A stretch of DNA of 64,000 nt from an uncultured Gemmatimonadales bacterium (lineage in GTDB: Bacteria > Gemmatimonadota > Gemmatimonadetes > Gemmatimonadales > GWC2-71-9): the NCBI GenBank assembly GCA_963739455.1, contig CAVUAK010000001.1, positions 1,472,001 through 1,536,000 of the forward strand, written 5' to 3'. Positions 51,011 through 61,329 of this stretch are shown here, one piece after another; the stretch's first letter is position 1, and every line of letters starts with the position of its first letter. Position numbers and translations under genes: made by a program. The notes beneath the pieces are model-generated. The model had not been told where the DNA came from. It made no database searches and saw only the letters and a list, made by a program, of their open reading frames with translations.

Positions 51011-52850
51011 CTGAGCAAACCGACCTGCATTCTGGGCATCTCCGCCTTCTACCACGACAGTGCCGCCGCGCTCCTCAGCGACGGCGAGATCGTGGCGGCG
51101 GCCTCGGAGGAGCGGTTCACCCGGAAGAAGGGCGATCCGGACTTTCCGGCGCAGGCCGTTGCGTTCTGCCTTCGCGAGGCCGGCATCAGCATCGACCGAT
51201 CTCGACTACGTCGGTTTCTACGACAAGCCGCTGCTCAAGTTCGAGCGGATCCTCGAGACCTACCTCGGCGTCGCCCCACGGGGCTTCGGGTCCTTCCTGA
51301 AGGCCGGGTCCGCTCTGGATCAAGGAAAAGCTCTATCAGGACACGACGCTCCGCGACTCGCTCGGCGGGTACGAGGGACCGCTTGCTCTACGCCGAGCAT
51401 CACGAGTCGCACGCCGCGAGCGCGTTCTTCCCGTCGCCGTTCGAGGAAGCCGCCATCCTGACGATGGACGGCGTCGGCGAATGGGCAACCGCTTCGATCG
51501 GCGTCGGCCGCGGCAACGACCTCACGCTGCTCAAGGAGATTCGCTGGCCCGACTCGCTCGGCCTGCTCTACTCGGCGTTCACGTACTACACCGGCTTCAA
51601 GGTCAACTCGGGTGAGTACAAGGTCATGGGCCTCGCGCCCTACGGCGAGCCGAAGTACGTCGACCTGATCTACAAGGACCTGATCGACCTGAAGGAGGAC
51701 GGCTCGTTCAGGCTCAACCAGAAGTACTTCAACTACCTCGCCGGCCTCACGATGACGAACGAGGCCTTCCACGAGCTGTTCGGCGGTCCGCCGCGCGAGC
51801 CCGAGTCGAAGCTGACGCAGAAGGAGATGGACCTGGCCCGCTCGGTCCAGGTGGTGTGCGAGGAGGTCATGCTCCGCATGGCGCGCACCGCCCACAAGGA
51901 GACGGGCCTCGACAATCTCTGCCTCGCCGGCGGCGTGGCGCTCAACTGCGTCGGCAACGGCCGCATCCTCCGCGAGGGACCGTTCAAGCAGCTCTGGATC
52001 CAGCCCGCCGCCGGCGATGCCGGTGGCGCACTCGGCGTGGCACAGCTGATCTGGCATCGGCAGCTCAAGCAGCCGCGCACCGTCGCGCCCGGCAAGGACT
52101 CCATGAAGGGCGCCTATCTCGGCCCGTCCTTCTCCGACGACGAGATCGAGGCGTTCCTCGACTCGATCGGCGCGCGGTACGAGCGCCTCGAGCGCCCGTC
52201 GACTGCACGGAGCGCGTGGCCCAGCTGCTGGCGGACGAGAAGATCGTCGGCTGGTTCAACGGCCGGATGGAGTTCGGTCCCGCGGGCGCTCGGCAGTCGC
52301 AGCATCTCGGCGATCCGCGCAGCCCGCGGATGCAGGCCGACATGAACATCAAGATCAAGTTCCGCGAGGGCTTCCGGCCCTTCGCGCCGAGCGTGCTGCG
52401 CGAGCGGGTGAGCGACTACTTCGAGATGGACTGCGACTCGCCCTACATGCTGCTCGTGGCGCCGGTGCAAGAAGGAGCGCCAGATTCCGCCATGACCGCG
52501 GAGCAGCAGGACTTGTGGGGCATCGACAGCTCAACGTCCCGCGGTCCGACATTCCGGCCATCACGCACATCGACTACTCGGCCCGCGTGCAGACGGTCTC
52601 GCGGGACACGAACCCGAACTACTACGACCTCATCCGCGAGTTCGAGCGCCTGACCGGCTGCGCGGTGGTGGTGAATACGTCCTTCAACGTGCGCGGCGAG
52701 CCGATCGTCTGTACGCCGGCCGACGCGTATGCCTGCTTCATGCGCACCCACATCGACTACCTCGTTCTTGGGTCCTTCCTGCTCGAGAAGACAGAGCAGC
52801 CGGAGTGGAAGGAGACCGAAGATTGGCGACAGGAATTCCAGCTCGACTGA
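51011..52850 (+). CDS. O-carbamoyltransferase (NodU/CmcH/SxtI family), several frameshifts, start approximate
   Basis: ILGISAFYHDSAAAL, EHHESHAASAF, GEYKVMGLAPYG, AGGVALNC, KFREGFRPFAP, NTSFNVRGEP. Confidence 0.9.
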
Positions 52851-53231
52851 GCCCTGGCGAGGGCCGCAAGTTCGGCCTGACCGTCGGCGGGGCATTCCTC
52901 GTGCTGGCATCGCTTCTCTGGTGGCGGGAGCAAGGGCGGCTGCGCCCGTGCTGGGCGCGCTGGGCGCACTGCTGGTCCTTGCGGGCGCTGGCTGTCCCGA
53001 CGCGCCTCGGCCCGGTCCAGCGCGCGTGGATGGGTCTCGCTCACGCCATCTCGCAAGGTGACGACGCCGATCTTCATGGGCGTCGTGTACTTCGTCGTGC
53101 TCACGCCGGTCGGCCTGCTCCGGCGGGCATTCGGCCACAATGCAATCGTCCGCAACGCCGCGAACGGTAGCTATTGGGTCGACCGGCGCGCCGAAGCCGC
53201 GCAGAAGACCGGCATGGAACGTCAATTCTGA
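52823..53231 (+). CDS. SxtJ-family membrane protein, frameshifted
   Basis: AAGGAG then TTG. RKFGLTVGGAF, WMGLAHAIS, ends MERQF. Confidence 0.75.
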
Positions 53232-53245
53232 CACGGAGGGTGTCG

Positions 53246-53407
53246 ATGGCATCCCATCGTGGCTTGATGAGTGAACTCTGGGCCTTCATGAAGGTGCGGA
53301 AGAAGTGGTGGCTTCTTCCCGTCATCGTCGTCATGCTGGCGGTCGGCGCGCTGCTCGTCTTCGCGCAGGGGTCGGCGCTCGCGCCGTTCATCTACACCAT
53401 CTTCTAG
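53246..53407 (+). CDS. DUF5989 / SxtK-like small membrane protein
   Basis: ELWAFMKVRKKWWLLP...GSALAPFIYTIF. Confidence 0.9.
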   Translation: MASHRGLMSELWAFMKVRKKWWLLPVIVVMLAVGALLVFAQGSALAPFIYTIF

Positions 53408-54519
53408 TGCCTGCCCGCCCTGGCGTCCGGTTCATTGCACTGGTCGCACTGGTCGTCGTCCCGCTCATTGTTGTCGGTCTCATTGGCGAGGGTGTTGTCC
53501 GTTGGCGCGAACGCCATCGGGCCACCCCTCCCGGCACCATGCCTACCCTCTACTATCAGCACGATCGCCTGCGTCCCGCGCTGATCCGCGATCGCGACTA
53601 CTTCGGCTGGGTCCACACCGACTCGCTTGGGCTGCGCGGTCGCCCGGTTGCCGTGACGAAGACGCCCGGGCGACTTCGCATCCTGGCCGATGGCGGCTCG
53701 ACAACCTTTGACGCCACCGTCACCGCTGACGACAGCACCTGGCCCGCGCAGCTTGAGCGACTTCTCGCGGCTCGTCGTGGTCCCGGTTCGGTGGAGGTGC
53801 TGAACGCAGGTGTTCCCGGCTACGCTGTCGTCGACAACGTGATTCGCCTGCAGACCGAACTGGGTCGCCTCGAGCCGGACATCGTCATCCTGCTCCAGGG
53901 CCACAATGATCTCTACTACGCACTGGTTGGTGTTCCGCCAGGTGACGCCGGCAGGCCTGGTGCAGTGGCGCCCCTGACGCCCTGGGCCAGCTGGCTCGCG
54001 CGTCACTCCCTCTTGTACGGCAAGCTCGAGGGCGCGCGCCGCTCGCTCGCGGCCCGATGGAGCACCGGAAGCTACGTTTCGCCCGGGCGCGACCCCGCAC
54101 GCGCTGATTCAGCGCTGGCGGCGGGCGCAGCCCGCTTTCACCGCGATCTCACATCGTATGTGCTGATTGCCAGGCAGGGCGGGGCACGCGTCGTCCTGGT
54201 CCAGCCGGTGCAGGTCTCGGGAGCCCTGCCAGCACCACGCGATTCAGTTGAGCGCGCGGCCTGGGAGAACGCCTTCGCTGGTGTCCCGGCCGATGTCGTC
54301 TTTCGCGGCTATGGAGAGTTTGTGACGGTCATGCGGAACGTCGCTGCGGAGCAGGGTGTGACATTTCTTCCGACTGAAGCTTGGGGCATTGAGGGTCCGG
54401 CCCTTTACGACACCGGCGATCCCATTCACCTCAATGATGCCGGTGCGCGGCTCCTCGCCGAGCGAATGGCATCTGCCCTCGACTCTTCAGCTGTGCTCGT
54501 GGACTCCCTTGTGCCCTAG
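53407..54519 (+). CDS. Membrane-anchored SGNH/GDSL hydrolase
   Basis: GGSTT, NAGVPGY, GHND, DPIHLND blocks. Confidence 0.85.
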   Translation: MPARPGVRFIALVALVVVPLIVVGLIGEGVVRWRERHRATPPGTMPTLYYQHDRLRPALIRDRDYFGWVHTDSLGLRGRPVAVTKTPGRLRILADGGSTTFDATVTADDSTWPAQLERLLAARRGPGSVEVLNAGVPGYAVVDNVIRLQTELGRLEPDIVILLQGHNDLYYALVGVPPGDAGRPGAVAPLTPWASWLARHSLLYGKLEGARRSLAARWSTGSYVSPGRDPARADSALAAGAARFHRDLTSYVLIARQGGARVVLVQPVQVSGALPAPRDSVERAAWENAFAGVPADVVFRGYGEFVTVMRNVAAEQGVTFLPTEAWGIEGPALYDTGDPIHLNDAGARLLAERMASALDSSAVLVDSLVP

Positions 54520-54524
54520 GCTGA

Positions 54525-56051
54525 TCAAGAGCCGGCCCCGTGTCGCGCGTACCATGTCCCCAGGTCATCGACAGACTGCACGGAGTACTCCCGATCCAGC
54601 AGGCTGCGCAGGCCTGGTGAGTGATGGGTGAGCATCGAGTCATAGACGGGCTCGGCGAAGACAAAGACTGGGCGTGCCGCCACCAGCTCTGCCTCGAGGC
54701 GCTGCCACACTACCGGTGGCTGAAGCTCCCAGGCCCAGCCATGGACGCTACTCGCGGATGGTCGCCGTGAAAGCGTGTGAATCAACGGATCGCCAAAAAC
54801 GTAGATTGGACCTTGCGGACTCCCGGTGTCACGCAGGAAGGCAGTGGATTGCCATATCCTTTCATACTCCGGACTCACGGCTCGCTGGAATGCATGGTCC
54901 TCCCCCGATGCGAGGCCAGAGTAGAGCACCATGCGCTTTGCCTTGCCCGCCCAGGACAAGCCCGCCGGGAGAGTCGCGAGGGCAAGTACAACCAGGGCGA
55001 CGCGAATCTTCTCGGCTGCCCCCGGGCCGACGTTCAGCATGCCGATTAGCCCCTGTACTCCTCTGACCGCGAGGATCCCAAGGGGGGTCGTCAGCAGGAG
55101 GAAATCAAACTGCCATCCGGCGAATGGTTCGAGAACAACGCTCATTGCACCCGTCACCAGCCAGACCAGGGCCAGGACGAAGATTCGCTCCTCCACGAGC
55201 CCGCGCCATCCCGCTCGCGCAAAGGACGATAGCAGCAGGACAGGCGCGAACGTCCCGACGAACCATGTCAGCGAGGACACGATTCGGTCTACGGGATGGG
55301 CACCACGCACCTGCAGCGCGAGGGGGACCCATGTCGTGATTGTCCAGATGAAGGGCTGGAGGGCGTCGTGTCGTTCCAGCCACCAGGCGGAGAGGAGCGT
55401 TACGGTGAGTCCGCTGACCGCGGCGGGCACCAGTCGGTCTCTCCAAAGGTGGCCGGCCGTGGTGCCACGCGCCTTCCGGTCGATCACCCAGCTCGCAATG
55501 AAGAGCGCGACGACCACTGGAGCCACCGCGAACTTGAACAGGACCGCGACCGCACCTGCGGCGCCAGCCAGGACCGATCGCCAGCGTGCCGGCGGCGCCG
55601 TGAGCAGCGCCAGGACGCAGAACAGTGGTGCGGAAAGCAGGATGGCGGGTTGCGTGAGGTGCCACTCGGTCGACAATGCGTAGTAGCTGCCGATGGTAAG
55701 GAGCGGCACGGCCATCGCAAGCCACTCGAAGGCCAGGTATCGGCGCAAGATGACTACTTGAAGTGCGGCGAACACCAGCATGTAGAGGAGTTCAAACGTG
55801 TGCAGGCCAACTTCCGTGAAGCCGAAGAGAGTTCCCGCACCCCAGTGAAAGAGGTAGATGCCGGGCTGCTTCAGGTCCCAGATGTCCCGGTACAGCGCGC
55901 CGCCCTCCGACATTGCCTTCGCACCGAGCTGGTAAAGTGCGGCGTCTCCATGGAGTGGCATGGGTAGATTGACCCATCCCGCAAGTCCAATCGCGGCGAC
56001 AACCGCCAGGATTTCCACTCCGAGTCTGGGCTCAATCCGTGCAAATGACAT
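54525..56051 (-). CDS. Polytopic membrane protein, GT-C (ArnT/PMT-like) glycosyltransferase candidate
   Basis: About 11 TM segments and the LYRDIWDLKQPGIY loop motif. Confidence 0.7.
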   Translation of the reverse strand: MSFARIEPRLGVEILAVVAAIGLAGWVNLPMPLHGDAALYQLGAKAMSEGGALYRDIWDLKQPGIYLFHWGAGTLFGFTEVGLHTFELLYMLVFAALQVVILRRYLAFEWLAMAVPLLTIGSYYALSTEWHLTQPAILLSAPLFCVLALLTAPPARWRSVLAGAAGAVAVLFKFAVAPVVVALFIASWVIDRKARGTTAGHLWRDRLVPAAVSGLTVTLLSAWWLERHDALQPFIWTITTWVPLALQVRGAHPVDRIVSSLTWFVGTFAPVLLLSSFARAGWRGLVEERIFVLALVWLVTGAMSVVLEPFAGWQFDFLLLTTPLGILAVRGVQGLIGMLNVGPGAAEKIRVALVVLALATLPAGLSWAGKAKRMVLYSGLASGEDHAFQRAVSPEYERIWQSTAFLRDTGSPQGPIYVFGDPLIHTLSRRPSASSVHGWAWELQPPVVWQRLEAELVAARPVFVFAEPVYDSMLTHHSPGLRSLLDREYSVQSVDDLGTWYARHGAGS

Positions 56052-56129
56052 TCACGGCCACGGAGCAAGCTTGGGGCCGCATCGGGTCCACCGTCGGCCC
56101 CGGCCCGGACCGGCAATTACGTTTCATCC

Positions 56130-56972
56130 GTGACCACTCCCTTCGCCCAACGGCTCCGTCGCGACCCACTGTTCCAGCTTGGCCTCGTCTTGGTGGCCTT
56201 GGTCGTTGCATCTGCGCTACTGGCACCGTGGGTCGCCCCCGACAGCCCCATCCTGGGCGACCTGCAGAAGGCCTACCTCCTCCCGCCCAGCCGTCACCAC
56301 TTGCTCGGCACTGACACGCAGGGCCGCGACATCCTCAGTCGCGTCATCTACGGTGCCCGCATCTCGCTCGGCGTTGGCCTCATCGCACAGTCAGTCGCGA
56401 CCACACTGGGCGTCACCCTCGGCCTCATCGCCGGCTACTACGGCCGCTGGATCGACGCCCTCGTCATGCGCCTCGCCGACATCACCCTCGCATTCCCGAC
56501 CCTGCTGCTCCTCATCGCAGTCGCAGCTGCCGTGCGACCATCGCTACCCGTCGTCTTCGTGGTCATCGGTATCGTCGGCTGGGCCGCCATGGCGCGGCTG
56601 GTGCGAAGCCAGGTCCTCGTTCTCCGGACTGCGGATTACGTCCTCGCCTCCCGCGCACTCGGTGCGCGCGATAGCCATATTCTCTGGCGCCACCTGCTCC
56701 CCAACATCCGGGGCCCCGTTATCGTCGCCGCCACGCTCGGCATCGCCGGCGCCATCATGGCCGAGGCCGCCCTCTCGTTTGTCGGGCTGGGAGCACAGCC
56801 CCCGACGCCCAGCTGGGGCGCCATGGTCGCCGACGGCCGGGACCTGCTCCGGGTTGCACCGTGGGTCTCCGTGGCTCCCGGCATCGCGATCGGACTGGCC
56901 GTGATGGGCTTCAACCTGGTGGGAGATGCGCTGCGAGAGCTATACGACCCGAAGCTGCGGATCAGGAGCTAG
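56130..56972 (+). CDS. Peptide ABC transporter permease (DppC/OppC-like)
   Basis: HLLGTDTQGRDILSRVIYGARISL, RHLLPN, EAALSFVGLG, PSWG. Confidence 0.93.
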   Translation: MTTPFAQRLRRDPLFQLGLVLVALVVASALLAPWVAPDSPILGDLQKAYLLPPSRHHLLGTDTQGRDILSRVIYGARISLGVGLIAQSVATTLGVTLGLIAGYYGRWIDALVMRLADITLAFPTLLLLIAVAAAVRPSLPVVFVVIGIVGWAAMARLVRSQVLVLRTADYVLASRALGARDSHILWRHLLPNIRGPVIVAATLGIAGAIMAEAALSFVGLGAQPPTPSWGAMVADGRDLLRVAPWVSVAPGIAIGLAVMGFNLVGDALRELYDPKLRIRS

Positions 56973-56978
56973 GGTAAT

Positions 56979-57140
56979 GCCGACGTAGCGTCCGAAACAC
57001 GGTTGGCCTCGCGCAGGCGCGAACGCGAGGGGCTGGGCAGGGTGGGGTGGAAGGGCGTCGAGAGCGCCGAAGCGAGGTCAGCCGTGCGAGGACGCCGGCG
57101 ACGAGTACTGCCAGGCGTGCCCCGCCCAAAGGGGCGCCAA
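56979..57140 (+). ncRNA. Candidate structured RNA / 5' leader, family not recognised
   Basis: 15-bp helix 56998-57012 / 57072-57086 with two G-U pairs, further flanking pairings, internal hairpins, and a hairpin abutting the AAGGAG RBS. Confidence 0.4.
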
Positions 57141-57151
57141 GGAGACACCAC

Positions 57152-58294
57152 GTGTTTGATCCAACAGAGCTTCGCAAGTCCGATTTTCCCTGGACCTCCG
57201 ACACCGCCTACCTCGACAGCGCCAGCATCGGTCCCGTGCCTGCGCGCGCCCGCGCCGAGCTCGACGCCTTCAATGCCATGCGCTCGACGCCGCACCTCAT
57301 TCCCAAGGACGTCCAGTTCGGTGCCCTGACTCGCGCCCGGTCCCTGGCCGCCCGATTGCTCAACGTCAGCCACGGCGAGATCGCACTCGCCACCAACACC
57401 AGCTTCGGCCTCAACATCGCCGCCCGCGCTCTTCCCCTCGGCCAGGGTGACATTGTCCTGGTCAGCGATCGCGAGTTTCCCGCGAACATGTATCCCTGGA
57501 TGCAGCTCGCTGATCGCGGCGTACAGCTGGAGATCGTTCCCGTCACTGCCGAAGGCTGGCCCGACGAAGCGCGCCTTCTCGAGCGCCTCGCCGACCCCCG
57601 CGTCAGGTGCCTTACGGTATCGCTGGTCCAGTTCAGCAACGGCTACAAGGTCGATCTCGCCGCGCTCTCGAAGGCCACCCGCGCCACCGATACCTGGCTC
57701 GTCGTCGATGCCATCCAGGGCCTGGGCCAGTTTCCCGTTGATCTTCAGCAGACCCCGGTTGATATCCTCGCCACCGGGGCCCAGAAGTGGCTCTTGTCGC
57801 CGTGGGGCAGTGGATTCTTCTACGTGCGGAAGGAAATCCTGCAGCAGCTCACCCCACCATTCGCCGGTTGGCTCGCCTTTCAGGGTACCGACGACTTCTC
57901 GAAACTCACTGACTACAACCCGGAATGGCACGACGACTCGCGCCGCTTCGAGTTGATCACGCTTCCGTTCCAGGACTTCGCGGCGATGAACGTCTCCGTC
58001 GAGATGATCCTCGACATTGGCGTCGCCGAGATTGCAGCACATTTGCAGCGGGTCCAGGAGCCCCTCCGCGCGCTCGCGGCCCGCCGGGATATCCCCATCA
58101 CCTCACCCTCCGGTGCGCACGGCTCCGCCATCATCTGCCTGAAGGCTCCTGATGCCGCCAGGGTCCACGGTGTGCTGCGCAGCAAGCAGGTCATTTGCAG
58201 CCTGCGCGAAGGATCACTCAGGTTCAGCCCGCACTTGTTCAACAGCGTCGAGGACGTCGCCCGAGCTGCCGAGGTGCTTGAGGCTAGCTTGTAG
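57152..58294 (+). CDS. Class V PLP aminotransferase (cysteine desulfurase-like)
   Basis: YLDSASIGP, EFPAN, VDAIQ, GAQKWLLSPWG, LRFSPHLFN. Confidence 0.9.
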   Translation: MFDPTELRKSDFPWTSDTAYLDSASIGPVPARARAELDAFNAMRSTPHLIPKDVQFGALTRARSLAARLLNVSHGEIALATNTSFGLNIAARALPLGQGDIVLVSDREFPANMYPWMQLADRGVQLEIVPVTAEGWPDEARLLERLADPRVRCLTVSLVQFSNGYKVDLAALSKATRATDTWLVVDAIQGLGQFPVDLQQTPVDILATGAQKWLLSPWGSGFFYVRKEILQQLTPPFAGWLAFQGTDDFSKLTDYNPEWHDDSRRFELITLPFQDFAAMNVSVEMILDIGVAEIAAHLQRVQEPLRALAARRDIPITSPSGAHGSAIICLKAPDAARVHGVLRSKQVICSLREGSLRFSPHLFNSVEDVARAAEVLEASL

Positions 58295-58321
58295 AAAAAG
58301 GGCGGCCACCGGGCCGCCCTT
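58295..58321 (-). terminator. Intrinsic terminator downstream of tyrS, possibly bidirectional
   Basis: AAGGGCGGCC / GGCCGCCCTT stem followed by a T5 run on the minus strand. Confidence 0.8.
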
Positions 58322-58324
58322 ACA

Positions 58325-58363
58325 TCACGTCCTCACGTCCTCACGTCCTCACGCCCTCACGTC
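58325..58363. repeat. 8-nt tandem repeat (TCACGTCC)x5 at the tyrS stop
   Basis: tcacgtcc x3, tcacgccc, tcacgtc. Confidence 0.85.
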
Positions 58364-59620
58364 ACTACCAGCATCGCGTAGTTCTTCTTTCCCTTCTGCA
58401 GCACGATGTACCTGCCCGGCCAGCAAGTCCTCCTCCTTCAGCACCCGCCCCGCCTCCACTACCTCGCCGTTCACCGAGAACCCCTTCTGCTCCACGCCCC
58501 GCTTCGCATCCGCCTTCGAGCTTGCCAGCCCCGCCGTCACCAGTGCATCGACCAGCGACACACCGTCCGAGAGCCCGGCGATCGACAGCGACGCAACCGG
58601 CACCTCTCCTTCCAGCACCTCCAGCACTTCCGGCGACGCCGCCACCAGCGGCTGCCCGCCGAACAGGATCGCACTCGCTGCAATCACCCGTTCCGCAGTA
58701 TCGGCGCCGTGAACTCGAGTCGTCACTTCCAGCGCCAGTCGCCGCTGCGCTGCGCGCTTGCCCGGATCGCGAGCCTGCTCCGCCAGCAACGCCTCGATCT
58801 CATCCAGCTCCATGAACGTGAACAGCTTGAGCCATCCCGCCACATCCCGGTCATCCGTGTTCAGCCAGAACTGGTAGAACTTGTACGCGCTGGTCTTCTT
58901 CGGGTCGAGCCACACATTTCCGTCTTCGCTCTTCCCGAACTTGTTTCCCGCCGCCGTCGTCAGTAGCGGAAACACCAGTCCGTGCGCCGCCTTCTGTGTG
59001 CGCCGCCCGATCAGCTCGATCCCCGCCGTGATGTTCCCCCACTGGTCGCTGCCACCCATCTGCAGCTCCACATCCATCGTCTCGTGCATGTGCCAGAAGT
59101 CGTACGCCTGCACCAGCATGTACGTGAACTCGGTGAACGAGATCCCCGAATCCATCCGGCTCTTCACCGAGTCCTTCTGCAGCATGTAGTTGACGGTGAA
59201 GTGCTTCCCGGTGTCCCGCAGGAACTCCAGCAGGTTGAGCCCGCGCAGCCATTCGGCGTTGTCCATCAGCCTCGCCGCATGGTTGCCCGAGAAATCCAGG
59301 AATTTTTCCAGCTGGCCCCTGATTGCCGCCGAGTTGGCGTCCACCTGTTCCTGCGACAGCATCGGCCGCTCATTGCGCTTGCCGCTTGGGTCCCCGACCA
59401 TTCCCGTGCCGCCACCGACAAGGGCTACGGGCCGGCCGCCGGTGCGCTGCAACCACGCGAGACCCATCACCGGCACGAGGTTGCCGACGTGCAGGGAGTC
59501 GGCCGTCGGGTCGAACCCCACATACGCTCTGATTGGGCCGGTCGCGAGTCGTTCCGCGAGTCCCGGAGTAGCATCGTGCAGGAATCCGCGGGTGCGCGCC
59601 ACGGCGAGAATGTCGGTCAT
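58357..59620 (-). CDS. tyrS: Tyrosine--tRNA ligase, frameshift near the 3' end
   Basis: [38 protein letters not shown]4 domain ending QKGKKNY in the shifted frame. Confidence 0.96.
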
Positions 59621-59680
59621 GGGGGGCAACATTAGCCCGTCGGCGGGTGGTGGAGCAAGGCGAACGGAACCATGCAAGTC

Positions 59681-61306
59681 ATGACACAACAGGATGACAG
59701 GGCACGCAGCATCCCCGTACTGATTGCGGCCCTCATCTGCACCCTGGTGGTCGTGCTTGCCACGGTGCCAGAGAACACCGGCGACGCGGTCGACTACGCT
59801 CGCGACGCGGCCCGATCGCCGTCGGTCAGCACCCTCGCACTCTATGAGCCAGGGCACCTCCTTTGGCGCCCCACCGGCGTCCTGCTCCGCGAGGCGATTG
59901 GTACGCCCGCCTCGAGCGACCCCGCCTTCAGTCGCAACGCGCAGCGCCGGTTCTCTCGAGTTTCCGTCGTTGCGTCGGTCGTCGTGTCGGCGACCATCGG
60001 CCTGCTGGTGCTGGGCAGCGTCGGCTCCCTGGCCGCCGCCATCGCCGCGACGGCAATGACCGCGTTCGGCGCAAGCATGATCAACTTCGGTCAGGCGGGC
60101 ACGCCATACGTTCCGGGCCTGGCACTGGTCTGCCTGGCGCTGCTCCTGGGGACCGGCGGAGGGCAGCGCCCCTCGCTAGCTCGCGCGATAGTCACCGGCT
60201 GCCTGCTCGCGGCCGGCGTGTTCTTGTGGCTCCCCTTTGTGCTGGTGGTCCCCGCTGTGCTGGTCGCTACCCTGGTTTCGCCCGGCGACACCCGGTACCG
60301 GGTCCGCGTCACAATCGCGGCGACCCTGGCGTGCGGACTGATCGGCGTCTCGGTCTACCTCGGCATCGCGTCGATGCGGCGGAGTGCGGTCGCCCCTGGC
60401 GTTCATGCAATGGATCGGCGCCAGCGCGCACGGTATCGCCCGGCCCGGACTTTCCCGGGTGATCATCGGACTGCCGCGGAGCTTTGTGCACATGGGCGAC
60501 GATGGTCGTGAGGTGCGCCGCTACCTCCTCGCCGACCCGTTCAACCCGGTGATCGCGAGCCCAGCTTGCCACACTGCACCTCTGGCCCAAGCTCCTGCTC
60601 TTCTACCTTGTGCTCGCTGTGGTCGCCTGGTTCGCCGTGGGTCGGCCTCGGGTCGCACAGCTGCTGCTGGCCTTGCGGTGTGGCAGCGGTTCCCGTCATC
60701 TGGCTTGGAGCGGCATGGAGCGGGGGAGAGGAGGAGCGCTATCTCGCCCTCTATCCCTTCATCATTCCCCTTGTCAGTCTGGGCCGCATGGACCGCGGCC
60801 GCCGAGCGCCGTCGCTTCGTCCCCGCTGCCGTGGGCGCCTTCGCGCTGCTCTGGCTTTCAAACATTATTGCATTCAACCCGTGGGTGACCCGGGCGCGAT
60901 CCGCCGCGATGGAGGCCCGGCTCGGCTGCGTGGCGCCAGTCCTCGATGACCGTTCGCTCATCGTCGTGCCCCGGCCAGTCGGACCCACTCGTCACCTTCA
61001 CCCGCGACCGCCTGGACGAGCGCCCTCGCAGCGCAGGGGCCAGCGTCACCTACCTGCTGCCGCCCATCACCATCCCCGGGCTGCACGTGGAACGCCACCC
61101 TCGATTCCCTCGTGACCAGGACCCTGCGGTCCGGTGGCAGGGTCTGGATTCCCGCATATGCGCTGGACAGCATCCCTCCTCGTTCATCAGGCTGGGTCGA
61201 GGGAGGGCAGGCCGTGAAGTGGAGCCAGATGCGACAGGCCTTCAGCACGCTCACGGTGACCAGGGGGTGCACTGACACGTCGCTGCTCGAGGTGGTGGCT
61301 CGGTAG
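59681..61306 (+). CDS. Hypothetical polytopic membrane protein (possibly GT-C-like), several frameshifts
   Basis: GDAVDYA...EPGHLLWRP followed by many TM segments across ORFs 59672-60511, 60384-61115 and 61112-61306. Confidence 0.55.
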
Positions 61307-61329
61307 CTGGCCCCTTAGTCTTCTCCTCA

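Noticed and set aside
51011..54519. Saxitoxin biosynthetic cluster
   Set aside because: No sxtA, sxtG or other core genes. Only the widespread I-J-K-L-like module is present.
56979..57140. SRP RNA, 6S RNA, tRNA or a known riboswitch class
   Set aside because: I could not find the diagnostic motifs by eye, so it is kept only as an unassigned structured candidate.
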